NCBI GenBank assembly: GCA_965195345.1 | Contig: OZ239628.1 | Location: 1,536,001-1,600,000, forward strand | DNA from: an uncultured Thiomicrospira sp. | Lineage (GTDB): Bacteria > Pseudomonadota > Gammaproteobacteria > CAKMZV01 | Direction: 5' to 3' | DNA length: 64,000 nucleotides | Shown here: positions 43,333-57,924 of the stretch, in pieces | Numbering within the stretch: the first letter of the stretch is position 1 | How the letters are laid out: each line of letters begins with the position of its first letter | The notes under the pieces: model-generated | The model's database searches: none | What the model saw: only the letters and a program-made list of their open reading frames with translations | Told to the model about the DNA's origin: nothing | Program-made: the position numbers and the translations under genes

Positions 43333-44073
43333 ATGCGTTCGGTTATATTTTATTTGTGTATTACTTTTTTCAGCTCCTTTGCTGTAGCAGAAGCGTGGCG
43401 CTTTGAAAGTGGCAACAACAAGGTCCAACTGATTGAGCTATTTACTTCACATGGGTGCAGCTCTTGCCCTCCTGCTGAAAAATGGATCAACAAATACAAA
43501 AATAATTCAAAATTGTGGAATCGTTTTGTTCCAGTTTCCTTTCATGTCGATTATTGGAATTTCCTTGGATGGAAAGATCCTTATTCAAACGCATCTTATT
43601 CGCAACGCCAATATAACCATGTATCAAATAGCAACCTAAGTTATCGATATACACCTGGATTTGTAGTCAACGGGAAAGAATGGAAAGGATTTTTCTTTCA
43701 TCACCCTCTTCCTCTACTCACTCAATCGGCAAAAAATTTAAGCGTCCATGTTGTTGATAATTCGTTACTTGTTCGTTACGAGAATGCAAAATCGGACGAG
43801 TTAATTGTCAATGTTGCCACTCTTGGATTTGGTTTGAAGGACGCTATAGAGCGCGGAGAAAATAAGGGCAAAGTTCTCGAGAGTGATTTTGTTGTTTTAC
43901 ATTTCAAACAAAAACCTTCTAAAACTGGAGTTTGGAACGTTGTTTTGCCTGAAAGCATAGATGTCCAAGGAGCCAATAAATTGGCTTTAGCAGTATGGGT
44001 AAGTGATTTACAACAGCGACCTATTCAGGCAACGGGAAACTGGGCACCTAAGTCATGGTTGCTTACTAAGTAG
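43333..44073 (+). CDS. DUF1223 family secreted thioredoxin-like protein
   Basis: Signal peptide, ELFTSHGCSSCPPAE, FHVDYWN.LGWKDP, YTP..VVNG, GEN.G. Confidence 0.88.
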   Translation: MRSVIFYLCITFFSSFAVAEAWRFESGNNKVQLIELFTSHGCSSCPPAEKWINKYKNNSKLWNRFVPVSFHVDYWNFLGWKDPYSNASYSQRQYNHVSNSNLSYRYTPGFVVNGKEWKGFFFHHPLPLLTQSAKNLSVHVVDNSLLVRYENAKSDELIVNVATLGFGLKDAIERGENKGKVLESDFVVLHFKQKPSKTGVWNVVLPESIDVQGANKLALAVWVSDLQQRPIQATGNWAPKSWLLTK

Positions 44074-44127
44074 TAACTTCTTGAGTTTACTACTTGAATT
44101 AAGAATTTTTGGACTATCAAATCAGTT

Positions 44128-44748
44128 TTAATCTTTAGCATAGAAAATGCTCAAAGTCCTTCGCTTTTTTAAACTTATCATCCTCCAGGACAATAAAGCT
44201 ATGAAAACAATTGCATACAAAATAGGTTCTACTAAATCTGCTTTGACTAAAAGCAGGAAATGAACGACGCCCAAAACAGGTACTATATATATCCAATTGT
44301 GGATTTTTTGCCATGTTTTTTTAAGCTTCCTACGCAAACCTTGCGTTGATGTCACAGCTAACAAAAGCATAATCAACACAGCAATCATGCCAACCCAAAC
44401 GTATGGGTGTTCTAGCAAATCAATCCAAATCTCTTGCCAATAAAAACCCAAATCAACGCCAAAGTATATAACTGCGTGTAACGCAGCATAATAGAAAGCA
44501 AATAACCCTAATTGACGGCGATATTGCATGATTTGAAAAAAACCAAAAACCTCTTGCGCTGGCCTAATCATCAAAGTCACCCCAAGGAAAAAAAGTGATA
44601 ACTGCCCTGTCTGATGGGTAGCATACTCAATGGGATTTCCTCCGAGGCTGTCTGTGTAGATTCCCCATGCAAAATAGATGGAAGGAAGCACTGAACCCAC
44701 AAACAATGCCATTCGCCAAAAGGACCATTGATACATGTTATATATCAA
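44128..44748 (-). CDS. msrQ: Methionine sulfoxide reductase heme-binding subunit MsrQ
   Basis: NPIE...H.TG, RRQLGL.AF.Y..LH, LAVTS, W.KIH...Y. Confidence 0.93.
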   Translation of the reverse strand: MIYNMYQWSFWRMALFVGSVLPSIYFAWGIYTDSLGGNPIEYATHQTGQLSLFFLGVTLMIRPAQEVFGFFQIMQYRRQLGLFAFYYAALHAVIYFGVDLGFYWQEIWIDLLEHPYVWVGMIAVLIMLLLAVTSTQGLRRKLKKTWQKIHNWIYIVPVLGVVHFLLLVKADLVEPILYAIVFIALLSWRMISLKKRRTLSIFYAKD

Positions 44749-45674
44749 TAGTACTTAGTTAGATTCATTCCTTCATAAAGATCAGCAACTTGTTCTCGAT
44801 ATCCATTAAATGGTAGCGTATTAACTTTCCCAAAACTACCAAGTGGGCGCTCGCGACTTTGCAGCCAACGTGGATGGTGGACATCAGGGTTAACGTTAGA
44901 ATAGAATCCGTATTCGCTAGGAGCGGCTTCATTCCATGCGGTTTTGGGCATCTCTTCCATAAAATGAATTTTATTTATTGACTTAATGCTTTTAAAGCCA
45001 TACTTCCATGGAACCACTAAGCGTATAGGCGCGCCGTTTTGAGGCAACAATTCCTTCCCATATAAGCCAACTGCTAAAATTGTCAGTGGATGCATTGCTT
45101 CATCCATCCGTAATCCCTCATGATAGGGCCATTTCAGCACAGGGTAACGTTGCCCTCTTAAGACTTTTGGATCATAAATAGTAGAAAAACGAACGTATTT
45201 TGCTTTACTTGTAGGCTGGAATTGATTGATCAAATGGCGAAGTTCAAAACCGTTCCACGGAACAACCATAGACCAACGCTCCACGCATCGAAAACGATAG
45301 ACTCTTTCTTCAAGTGGAAATTTCAGCAATTCTTCCATGCCTATTTTCCCTGGGTTTTTCACTTCCCCAGACACCTCAATTGTCCAAGGATCATACTTTT
45401 TCAAGGCTTTATCCATCCACTTTCTATTACGAGCTGGATCAGATTTATCTGTGCCTAATTCATAAAAATTATTATAAGTTGTAACGCGTTTATAACTTGT
45501 ATGCTTCAAATCAACACTCATCTCTGGATTTATTTTTCCAAGATGAGCAAAGGCAGAAGGGATCATCAGGCTTGTCGCACCGACCAAACCTGCTTTCATT
45601 AATGCTCTGCGTTGATCAAATACCGATTCTGAGGTTATTTCGTTAGAGGATATTTTGGGAATTTTAAATGACAT
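44745..45674 (-). CDS. msrP: Methionine sulfoxide reductase catalytic subunit MsrP
   Basis: Tat RR signal, YNNFYE.G, RCVE.WSMVVPW, QNGAPIRLVVPWKYGFKSIK; alternative TTG start at 45686. Confidence 0.96.
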   Translation of the reverse strand: MSFKIPKISSNEITSESVFDQRRALMKAGLVGATSLMIPSAFAHLGKINPEMSVDLKHTSYKRVTTYNNFYELGTDKSDPARNRKWMDKALKKYDPWTIEVSGEVKNPGKIGMEELLKFPLEERVYRFRCVERWSMVVPWNGFELRHLINQFQPTSKAKYVRFSTIYDPKVLRGQRYPVLKWPYHEGLRMDEAMHPLTILAVGLYGKELLPQNGAPIRLVVPWKYGFKSIKSINKIHFMEEMPKTAWNEAAPSEYGFYSNVNPDVHHPRWLQSRERPLGSFGKVNTLPFNGYREQVADLYEGMNLTKYY

Positions 45675-46029
45675 GAATAGAACCAACTAGTTGTAGTAAA
45701 ACATTTTTAAATATGTGATTACATGTGAATTATTTTAATCGAACAATCCTATTAATTTAAAGGTTATTCTAACTTATGAAAAATAAAAAAGTCATATAAA
45801 TTATGCTCTGTAATTTACTTTTTCCCCTACGCTTAGCATTAAAAACAATGTTCCTAAAACTCAACACCTTATCCTCAGCAATGACATAAAATCACTCGAG
45901 GGGGATTATCTATTTTACAATGCCATTGCATAATTAGAAAAATTGATTGCTTGAAATCAGATTCAATACTATAGTACATAATCAATATCTCATGTCAAGC
46001 TCTAAACCAAAAGCATCAAAAGAATAACT

Positions 46030-47238
46030 ATGAAAAGTAAATTGCTTAGTCCTTTGACAGTCATAATAACCGCTTCATTATTAGTTACTCTTTCTCTCGG
46101 ATTCCGTCAATCTTTAGGAGTTTATACAGCTCCTTTTGATGAGATAAGTGATGCTGGTCGACAAATGTTTGGACTAGCAATTGCTGTGCAAAATTTGCTT
46201 TGGGGTATTGCCGCTCCTATTTTCGGAGGGCTTGCTGATCGCTATGGCGCGCATAAATCCGCCCTAATCGGAGCCATACTTTACTCCATGGGCTTGTTTT
46301 TCATGCAGGATGCAAGCTTAACGAATCTTTTTTCAGGACAAATATTGATTGGGCTTGGCTTAGGCGCTTGTGGAATGTCTACTGCTCTCGGGGCTGTATC
46401 AAAAATAAGTACTCCGGAAAAACGCTCCATGCTCCTCGGTGTCGTATCAGCTGCTGGATCACTTGGTCAATTCTTGCTGGTACCTATTGCTGGGCAATTA
46501 CTAATGGAATTTGGCTGGGCTTCATCATTACTTATTCTAAGCATGATTGCAACAATTATGATTCCTCTATCCTATGGTTTGAAAGGATCTCATATTCGAC
46601 AGCCTGAAAAAGGCAATCATTTTTCAACCAAAGAAGCCATCTCTCAAGCTTTTAATCATCGAGACTACTTATTGCTTATGGCTGGTTTTTTTGTATGTGG
46701 CTTTCAGGTTGTTTTTGTTGCAACGCATTTAATCGCTTATTTAGTTGAGCATCATATTTCTTCAGAGATTGCCTCGTGGTCTTTGGCGTTAGTTGGACTT
46801 TTCAACATATTTGGAACGCTATTGTGCGGCTATTTGGGAGGGAAGTATCGCAAAAAAGTGATTTTGACTTGGTTTTATTTGCTTCGATCACTCGTCATCG
46901 CATTATTTTTAATCTTACCACTAACCCCGATAACGGCTATAGGGTTTGGTGCGCTTATAGGTTTTCTCTGGTTAGGAACCGTTCCATTAACCAGTGGACT
47001 AGTCATCTATTTTTTTGGAGTACGTTACGTGACTTTAATATACGGAATTATATTTTTCTCACATCAATTGGGTTCTTTTCTGGGTGCTTGGCTTGGTGGT
47101 TGGGCTTACGAGAACTTTCAAAGTTACTCAATTGTGTGGGGTTTGGCTATTTTATTTGGGATTATTTCCGCCGCTTTGCATCACCCTATTCGTGAGTCTG
47201 CACCCAAAGTTGAAATAAAATCGGAGTCTATCACCTGA
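46030..47238 (+). CDS. MFS transporter
   Basis: About 12 TM helices, GGLADRYG motif A, FFVCGF, SHQLGSFLG. Confidence 0.9.
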   Translation: MKSKLLSPLTVIITASLLVTLSLGFRQSLGVYTAPFDEISDAGRQMFGLAIAVQNLLWGIAAPIFGGLADRYGAHKSALIGAILYSMGLFFMQDASLTNLFSGQILIGLGLGACGMSTALGAVSKISTPEKRSMLLGVVSAAGSLGQFLLVPIAGQLLMEFGWASSLLILSMIATIMIPLSYGLKGSHIRQPEKGNHFSTKEAISQAFNHRDYLLLMAGFFVCGFQVVFVATHLIAYLVEHHISSEIASWSLALVGLFNIFGTLLCGYLGGKYRKKVILTWFYLLRSLVIALFLILPLTPITAIGFGALIGFLWLGTVPLTSGLVIYFFGVRYVTLIYGIIFFSHQLGSFLGAWLGGWAYENFQSYSIVWGLAILFGIISAALHHPIRESAPKVEIKSESIT

Positions 47239-47768
47239 TAACGAGTAATAGTCTCTGCATCGAATGCTGCCATTAAAACAACTTCAGAAAAATCTACTTT
47301 CCAATTAATAGGAAATAAAACGTGTTGTTGCAAATTTTTACCAAATTCAATACAAGGGCAAAAAGTTTCGTTATCGTTCCTGTATCCAAGTGCATTGCAA
47401 CCTTTGCTAATTTGCGAATGAAAACTTTCTAATTCAAAAGATACTCCACCATACGCTGCGAGTATGGGAGAGTCAAGTTGAGGGAAGTTTCCAAGACTTG
47501 ATAATGCAATATTTGGAAGTTTTGAGAACCGCATCGCTTGAATTAAACCAAGAAAGTTATTAGCACCTCGTCGAGTGATGCTACCAATGCTGTATAGCCT
47601 AATAAACCAATCTGATGGATCGCACCAATGTAAGGAGTCCAAGCGTGTGTCTTTTCGGACTGCACTGAGTTTATCGTGTATCAATTCAATGGACTGATCT
47701 GACGGAATAAAGGCAAGAAAAGACTTTTCACAAATAACAGGTCCTGTATCAGGAGGTATGTCAGTCAT
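47181..47768 (-). CDS. 2H phosphoesterase (ThpR/LigT-like) homolog lacking both HxT motifs
   Basis: FLAF, W..P..W.I.L..IG, G.FP....P.IL, LGY......F.P.I, F.EVVLM, RY.VI follow the ThpR layout. Confidence 0.55.
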   Translation of the reverse strand: MTDIPPDTGPVICEKSFLAFIPSDQSIELIHDKLSAVRKDTRLDSLHWCDPSDWFIRLYSIGSITRRGANNFLGLIQAMRFSKLPNIALSSLGNFPQLDSPILAAYGGVSFELESFHSQISKGCNALGYRNDNETFCPCIEFGKNLQQHVLFPINWKVDFSEVVLMAAFDAETITRYQVIDSDFISTLGADSRIG

Positions 47769-48049
47769 TCCTTAACGACCCAGTACCAAGTTTCATCTTT
47801 CTTAATACGTCCCAAATTACGCCTTGCAATTCCTTCTAATGCTTCTGGATATTTACGCAAAATTTCAACGTCAACTTGCAACTTCACCAATTCATTTTGA
47901 GCTGCACTGTTAGCGTCTTGTTGTTGAACGATTGCTTGATTACGTTTTATAAGACTAACTATTCCCGTACTTCCAAACCATAACCGTGCCTGAAGCACTA
48001 ATACCACAATTACCGCCAATCCGATGTATAACTTCGTATTAAACTGCAT
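47765..48049 (-). CDS. ftsB: Cell division protein FtsB
   Basis: TM helix, LQ.RLWFG..G, coiled coil, EGIAR..LG.IK.DE; directly follows eno. Confidence 0.9.
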   Translation of the reverse strand: MQFNTKLYIGLAVIVVLVLQARLWFGSTGIVSLIKRNQAIVQQQDANSAAQNELVKLQVDVEILRKYPEALEGIARRNLGRIKKDETWYWVVKE

Positions 48050-48050
48050 A

Positions 48051-49358
<1,308 letters not shown>

Positions 49359-49369
49359 TTATCTCCTTT

Positions 49370-51918
<2,549 letters not shown>

Positions 51919-52112
51919 TCAAAAACAAATCAAACATCTTACAAAGTAGAGCGCGCTTTTGCTGTTTTGAATACTTATAAGAAAAAGTCATCAGTGGACG
52001 TAAAGAAGGCTAAAAATGCTGGTTCTTAAAACATTTCGACTTATAAAGCCACACTAAAAAAATTCAACGCTGACTTGAAATTTACTGAAGACTTACCTAA
52101 AAACTCTCGTGC

Positions 52113-53513
52113 TCATCTTCCGTACTTATCTTCTACCCGTTCAATGTCGTCTTCGCCCGTATACTCCCCTACTTGAACTTCAATCATTACCAGATCTTCG
52201 CTCTCGTGATTTTCTAAACGATGCAACTGTCCCATTTTTATATAAGTCGACTCATTTGGATAGACAATAAATATATCCTCACCCACTGTAACCGTTGCTT
52301 TTCCAGAAACAACAACCCAATGCTCATTGCGATAGCGATGCTTTTGTAAAGATAACCTACCCGATGTTTTAACCACGATCCGTTTAACCTTGTAACCCGT
52401 TCCTACTGCAAGGATTTCATAACTTCCCCATGGACGGTGTGCTTTTTGATGAATTTCAGTCAATTCTGGAATGGACTGTTTTATCAAGGTCACTAGCCCC
52501 TTGATGCCTTGAGAAGAACCAATCTTCGATATCATCAAAGCATCGCTTGTATCGACAATCAGTGTATCCTCTATATCAAGCAATGAGATGTGCCTCGTGT
52601 CGGAAACAATTAAATTATTTTTTGAATTAATGCATATAGGCTCAGGATCATCTGCTGATTGCTTCAAATTAGAATTTGAGGAAGAGTCATTATCAATAAC
52701 TTCTTTCAATGAATCAAAGCTACCCACATCAGACCAACCCATATCGCATACAACTACTTTAACTGCATCCGAATGCTCCATCACTGCATAGTCAATACTT
52801 TCATCTGGTATCAATTGCATGTGCTCCATTAAAATTTGTAGGGAGTCTTCAGAATTTCTTTGTGCGGAATCATATGCCAATTTTGAACGCTCAAATATTT
52901 CCCCATTAAATTTTTTCAACTCCTCTAAGTAAACACCTGCTTGGAAACAAAACATGCCACTATTCCATAAATAATTGCTTTTCTTTAAATAAGATTGGGC
53001 AACATCTAAAGTGGGTTTTTCATTGAACGACAGTACACGACTCCCTTCAACTTCTATGTAGCCATAGCCCGTTTCAGGTTTATCAGGTTTAATTCCAAAA
53101 GTAACCAGCCCCCCTTCTTTCGCTAATAAGAAGGCATTATTAACTGCTTCATTATAAGCACTTACATTTCTAATCAAATGATCTGAAGGTACAACCAAAG
53201 CAACTTCTTCTGGATCCATATCAAAACATGCCAAAGCAATAGCTGGTGCTGAATTTTTCCCAATAGGTTCAATTAAAAAGTTTAAATCGTCGGTGTTTTT
53301 TAATACCCCTTCTAACTGATCAATCGCCAAAAAGTATTGATCCTGATTTGAAACAACCATTAATTTCGAGCATAAACTTTGATTTCTTTCAATCGTTTGC
53401 TGAAATAAAGAACGCCCCTCAAACATCCTCACAAATTGCTTAGGCATTAGCTTTCGACTTAATGGCCAAAGCCTTGTTCCAGAACCTCCAGCTAATATAA
53501 TTCCTTTAATCAT
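52113..53513 (-). CDS. manC: Mannose-1-phosphate guanylyltransferase / mannose-6-phosphate isomerase
   Basis: ILAGGSGTRLWPLSR...PKQF, WNSGMF, GWSDVGS, C-terminal cupin RPWG, SLQKH..R.EHW. Confidence 0.95.
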   Translation of the reverse strand: MIKGIILAGGSGTRLWPLSRKLMPKQFVRMFEGRSLFQQTIERNQSLCSKLMVVSNQDQYFLAIDQLEGVLKNTDDLNFLIEPIGKNSAPAIALACFDMDPEEVALVVPSDHLIRNVSAYNEAVNNAFLLAKEGGLVTFGIKPDKPETGYGYIEVEGSRVLSFNEKPTLDVAQSYLKKSNYLWNSGMFCFQAGVYLEELKKFNGEIFERSKLAYDSAQRNSEDSLQILMEHMQLIPDESIDYAVMEHSDAVKVVVCDMGWSDVGSFDSLKEVIDNDSSSNSNLKQSADDPEPICINSKNNLIVSDTRHISLLDIEDTLIVDTSDALMISKIGSSQGIKGLVTLIKQSIPELTEIHQKAHRPWGSYEILAVGTGYKVKRIVVKTSGRLSLQKHRYRNEHWVVVSGKATVTVGEDIFIVYPNESTYIKMGQLHRLENHESEDLVMIEVQVGEYTGEDDIERVEDKYGR

Positions 53514-53549
53514 AATCTTCCAAGCATCATCAAATACAAAATACGCTAT

Positions 53550-54644
53550 TCATACGTTAAATAAAAAGTGAATAACGTCGCCATCGTTAACAATATACCC
53601 TTTCCCCTCTAATCGCAACAAACCTTTTTCCCTTGCCCCTGCTTCACCATTGCATGCGATATAACTGTCAAAGTCAATCACTTCGGCGCGAATAAAGCCT
53701 TTTTCAAAATCGGTGTGAATTTTTCCTGCTGCTTGCGGTGCACTTGCGCCAATTGGAAGCGTCCAAGCACGCACCTCTTTTTCTCCAGCAGTAAAATACG
53801 TCTGCAACCCAAGCAATTCATAGCCTGCCCTAATCAATCGATTCAAACCTGGTTCAACCAAACCTAAATCGGATAAAAATAATGCCTGTTCCTCCAAATC
53901 CAATGCTGCAATTTCCCCTTCAATTTGAACACATATCGCTAAAACTGCCGCATTATCTTTTTCAGCTTGGGCTTTTACTTTATCCAACAAAGGGTTTTCT
54001 TTTAAACCATTTTCGTCCACATTAGCAACATAAAGCAAAGGCTTTGACGTCAAAAGCTGAAAAACAGACAATACGCTCAACTGTTCCTCCGTCCATTGAA
54101 ATGTACGCAACCACAATCCTTTTTCTAAATGTTCTTTTGCCTGCTCCAGAGTTTCAATAGCAGCCAGCACAGATTTATCACCCGATTTAGTTTGTTTCTT
54201 ATAACGCTCGATTGCTTTCTCAACACTTGCTAAGTCAGCTAATGCCAACTCATAATTAATAACTTCAATATCTTCAATCGGATCTACTTCTCCCGAAACA
54301 TGCACCACATTATCGTCACTGAAACATCGAACCACTTCCACTATCGCATCCGTTTCCCGAATATTGGCAAGAAATTGATTGCCTAACCCTTCGCCAGTTG
54401 AGGCACCTTTAACCAACCCAGCTATGTCAACAAACTCCATCGCTGCAGGTATTACTTTTTGTGGGTGCACCACATCGGCTAACTGCTGCAACCGCAAATC
54501 GGGAACAGGCACAATGCCTACATTTGGTTCAATAGTACAAAAAGGATAATTAGCCGCTTCAATTTGAGCATTAGTCAGCGCATTAAATAATGTTGACTTC
54601 CCAACATTTGGCAATCCTACAATACCGCATTTAAATCCCATCAA
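53550..54644 (-). CDS. ychF: Redox-regulated ATPase YchF
   Basis: [42 protein letters not shown]. Confidence 0.98.
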   Translation of the reverse strand: MMGFKCGIVGLPNVGKSTLFNALTNAQIEAANYPFCTIEPNVGIVPVPDLRLQQLADVVHPQKVIPAAMEFVDIAGLVKGASTGEGLGNQFLANIRETDAIVEVVRCFSDDNVVHVSGEVDPIEDIEVINYELALADLASVEKAIERYKKQTKSGDKSVLAAIETLEQAKEHLEKGLWLRTFQWTEEQLSVLSVFQLLTSKPLLYVANVDENGLKENPLLDKVKAQAEKDNAAVLAICVQIEGEIAALDLEEQALFLSDLGLVEPGLNRLIRAGYELLGLQTYFTAGEKEVRAWTLPIGASAPQAAGKIHTDFEKGFIRAEVIDFDSYIACNGEAGAREKGLLRLEGKGYIVNDGDVIHFLFNV

Positions 54645-55240
54645 TTGACCTCACTGGATTGGTTAACATTATTGCCATGTAAATCATTCATTGCTTTTTC
54701 ATAGTCCCCTCGCAAAATACCATCCATCTCCTGTACAAAACCACCTATTCTTTGCATGATTTCCTCCGCTTCATTTAATGGTGGATTCGATAGAACATAC
54801 GAACTCACCAAATCAGGAGAACCAGGATGATCAATGCCGATGCGTACTCGAGCAAAACCATCTCCCCCACAATGGCGGATACAATCGCGTAAGCCATTAT
54901 GTCCTCCATGCCCACCACCTAATTTTAGACGTATTTTCCCTACTGGGAAATCTAATTCATCATGCGCAATTAATATTGATTCTAAAGGGATCTTGTGATA
55001 TCGCATCAGCTGACCAACACCTTGTCCATTCTGATTCATATACTGATCGGAATGGTATAGGAAAACTTTCTCACCTTCAAATTCAAATGCAGCTATTTGC
55101 CCTGTGAAATTTGGCTTTTTTTTGAATTCAGATTGATAACGTCGTGCTAATAAATGCAGAAACCAAATCCCAGCATTATGTCTATTAAAAACATATTTGC
55201 TTCCAGGATTCCCTAAACCAACGATCAACCGTGTTTTCAT
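54641..55240 (-). CDS. pth: Peptidyl-tRNA hydrolase
   Basis: [34 protein letters not shown]. Confidence 0.97.
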   Translation of the reverse strand: MKTRLIVGLGNPGSKYVFNRHNAGIWFLHLLARRYQSEFKKKPNFTGQIAAFEFEGEKVFLYHSDQYMNQNGQGVGQLMRYHKIPLESILIAHDELDFPVGKIRLKLGGGHGGHNGLRDCIRHCGGDGFARVRIGIDHPGSPDLVSSYVLSNPPLNEAEEIMQRIGGFVQEMDGILRGDYEKAMNDLHGNNVNQSSEVN

Positions 55241-55273
55241 CAAAAAATTCTCAAGTAAGACGTCTTAAAACAG

Positions 55274-55296
55274 CGATGCCGCATAATGCGGCATCG
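55274..55296. repeat. Perfect inverted repeat between rplY and pth
   Basis: CGATGCCGCAT-A-ATGCGGCATCG. Confidence 0.7.
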
Positions 55297-55320
55297 TATC
55301 AAGTGTTATACAAATGCTTT

Positions 55321-55899
55321 TTATCGCACTTTACCGACGATCAAAACAGCATGGTCGTATTCCGTTCCACCTTTGCGCAACGCAACCAAATCAACGCCTT
55401 TAGGCAATTGCACATCCGACATTTTCATTGATACACCACTTTCAAGCATACTGCAATCGATGTTGATAGATTCTGGCAAATCCTTTGGCAAACAACGCAC
55501 TTCGACAGTTGACATCAAAGGAGTTAACAACGCGCCCAACTTAACAGCAGCGGATTTTTCCACGCCATCAAAACTCAACGGAACTTTTTTAGTAAGCATG
55601 CGTTTTTCATCCAAACGTTGAAAGTCAATATGATTGATTTTATTTGCAAAAGGATGGCGTTGTAAATCTTTGATAATGACTTTTTCAGCTTTGCCATCTA
55701 TTTTCAAAGTAATGATAGTAGTGAATATTCGCTCATCTTCAAGCATGTTCCATAGCATATTATGATCAACCCCAAGTGATACAGGCTTGCTATTCCCACC
55801 ATAGACTATTGCCGGCACTACGCCTGATAGACGAAGACGGCGGCTCGCACCCTTCCCTTCATCGGTACGTTTTTTTGATTCCAAAGTAAACTCAGACAT
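55321..55899 (-). CDS. rplY: 50S ribosomal protein L25 (long Ctc form)
   Basis: GKGASRRLR..G.VPAIVYG, QRHP, HIDF.R, C-terminal extension. Confidence 0.96.
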   Translation of the reverse strand: MSEFTLESKKRTDEGKGASRRLRLSGVVPAIVYGGNSKPVSLGVDHNMLWNMLEDERIFTTIITLKIDGKAEKVIIKDLQRHPFANKINHIDFQRLDEKRMLTKKVPLSFDGVEKSAAVKLGALLTPLMSTVEVRCLPKDLPESINIDCSMLESGVSMKMSDVQLPKGVDLVALRKGGTEYDHAVLIVGKVR

Positions 55900-55988
55900 T
55901 CTAAACTCCTAAAAATTAATGTAGACACCATCCAATGCTTGGTATGCTCTACAATATAAAAACCTATCAACACCGCGACCAGTGTTTA
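55900..55988 (-). promoter_or_regulatory. Putative L25 autoregulatory leader
   Basis: Minus strand AACAC-TGGTCGCG-GTGTT hairpin carrying the GGUCGC motif recalled from gammaproteobacterial rplY leaders, then a second hairpin and AGGAG RBS. Confidence 0.5.
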
Positions 55989-56094
55989 GTTCAAAAATTT
56001 AACACTGTAAACAAAACATTGACAACCACTCACAAATTGTTTACACAATAAAGCGCGCGTATTGTACAGGGTGAACCACCAAATAATCGTGCAA

Positions 56095-57924
56095 ATGTAC
56101 AAAAATATAAGCAAAATCAGTATTACACAGATCATTATGCTCATTTGTTTTTGGACATACTCAAATTCAATACACGCACAAGCATCCACGGAAGAGAAAA
56201 TTTACTCTTTGGTAGCAACCGCATTACCTGGTGAGATACGATTGAATTGGCTGCAAGATGACCTACTGACCTATACGCTAACTTGGCAAAGTTGTACACC
56301 TAGTCAAAAAAGAAATTCAGCAGCGCAAGAATGCACTGGTCAACAGCAATCTGGTCAACAGCACAGCATTAGTTCTCCGCATTTTTTTGGTCCTTTTGCA
56401 GCGAACACTGAAGTTAAGTGGTGGCTCACTGCATACCAAGAAAATAACAGCATCCAGCACAGCAGTGGCTCTGAGTTGGTTCAACACTCTGGGTTACAAC
56501 TTCTGTCATCCTATCCAACAACCAACACAGTGGAATGGCAAAGCTATGAACCTATAACGTTAGAATTCACCCAAGTTATTTTGCTTCTCGACACCGGCAC
56601 TATCAAAATCACACCTTTAGATGTCACTAAAGCACGCTTTGACTACCCACACACCAATACTTTCATAATTAAAGCAAACAGTTCTTGGATACGCATTAAT
56701 AACAACCAGTTGCATATTGCCTCTCCTGCTTTTTATAAAACAGGCGTTCATCGAACAGGCATCAATTTACTATTTGACACAGAATATCAAATAATTCTTG
56801 ATCGTGTTGTTGAAGGAGCAGTCAATCAAGCAGCTATGCATGGATATCAACTAACCACTTTCCGTACCCCCGCATTAAAATTATTCACACCATCCACTCA
56901 AGAACCCAATTTAGAGCCCTTTAAAGTTGATGCAGATCTTGACGAAGAATCACTCAAAAGTCTTAATTTATCAAGGAAGAAGCATGGTAAATCGATTCTC
57001 CAAGAAAACAACTCTTCGTTCAGTGGCTTGGGAGTCAAAGTAGCTTTTATGGATGAAGGCATTTTACAAAACCACCCTGTCAACGATAATGTCGTATGGC
57101 GACTAAAACAGCTAAACGATCAGTTTCTACTGCCCTTAGATGCATTTTCACGAAACAACCACGGCACATTAATGGCAGGTTTCTTACTTGACTATGCGCC
57201 CGATGCCCAGCTTATTGACTTTCATGTTTTTGCAGGACCCGCACACACACACATCCCTTTACTAAACGGGTTCAATCGTAAACAGATCTCTCCCTTTGCC
57301 TACGCTCAACTTGCTAAAGAGCTGCAAGCTGATATACTCAATGTATCCCTTATTAGTAGGGATTTCCAAAATCGTCCTAAAGATTGGGCAACAGCAATCG
57401 ATAATGGGCTCATAGTAAGCAAATCTTTAGGTAATCATCGAAACCACCCTAATTTATGGGCAAGTGCTAAATGCCTCGACCCTACTAATTTATTGCCTTA
57501 TTTTTATGATTTTTCACAAGCATCTGGTGCGATTGTTACCCTTCAAGCGGTCGTTTTTGATGGTAATCAATACCTAAGTGTCCGAGCTCGAGCCGATGAT
57601 GCCGCAAGCTACACGCTTAGCGTCCTTGAGACTGGAAAAGGCGCAACTTCGCAAGCTGCTGCTACTTTTTCTGGCATCCTTGCCACTCTAATACAGGCGG
57701 CGCGATTTTATAATCGTCCATATACGCCTAAACAAATTGTAGAACTGCTTTTTGAAACAGCAGAAGACATCGGAGAAGCTGGTGTCGACCCAATATTTGG
57801 ATACGGGCTAGTCAACTTACCAGCTGCGTTAAAACGCATAGAAAATGGGCATGCTCCTCTTTTTCATCTCTATAGCGACTTGAGTATTCACCACTATATT
57901 TCTTCTTTTAAGTGCTCCAGCTAA
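56095..57924 (+). CDS. Secreted S8 (subtilisin-like) serine peptidase with N-terminal beta-rich domains
   Basis: VKVAFMDEG (Asp), HGTLMAG (His), SLGN (oxyanion), ATSQAA (Ser), DIG..GVD..FGYGLVN; start uncertain (56062 or 56095). Confidence 0.8.
   Translation: MYKNISKISITQIIMLICFWTYSNSIHAQASTEEKIYSLVATALPGEIRLNWLQDDLLTYTLTWQSCTPSQKRNSAAQECTGQQQSGQQHSISSPHFFGPFAANTEVKWWLTAYQENNSIQHSSGSELVQHSGLQLLSSYPTTNTVEWQSYEPITLEFTQVILLLDTGTIKITPLDVTKARFDYPHTNTFIIKANSSWIRINNNQLHIASPAFYKTGVHRTGINLLFDTEYQIILDRVVEGAVNQAAMHGYQLTTFRTPALKLFTPSTQEPNLEPFKVDADLDEESLKSLNLSRKKHGKSILQENNSSFSGLGVKVAFMDEGILQNHPVNDNVVWRLKQLNDQFLLPLDAFSRNNHGTLMAGFLLDYAPDAQLIDFHVFAGPAHTHIPLLNGFNRKQISPFAYAQLAKELQADILNVSLISRDFQNRPKDWATAIDNGLIVSKSLGNHRNHPNLWASAKCLDPTNLLPYFYDFSQASGAIVTLQAVVFDGNQYLSVRARADDAASYTLSVLETGKGATSQAAATFSGILATLIQAARFYNRPYTPKQIVELLFETAEDIGEAGVDPIFGYGLVNLPAALKRIENGHAPLFHLYSDLSIHHYISSFKCSS

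Noticed and set aside
46776-47195. 139-aa alternate-frame ORF inside the MFS gene, and similar nested ORFs elsewhere
   Set aside because: Fully contained in well-supported genes with no independent signals
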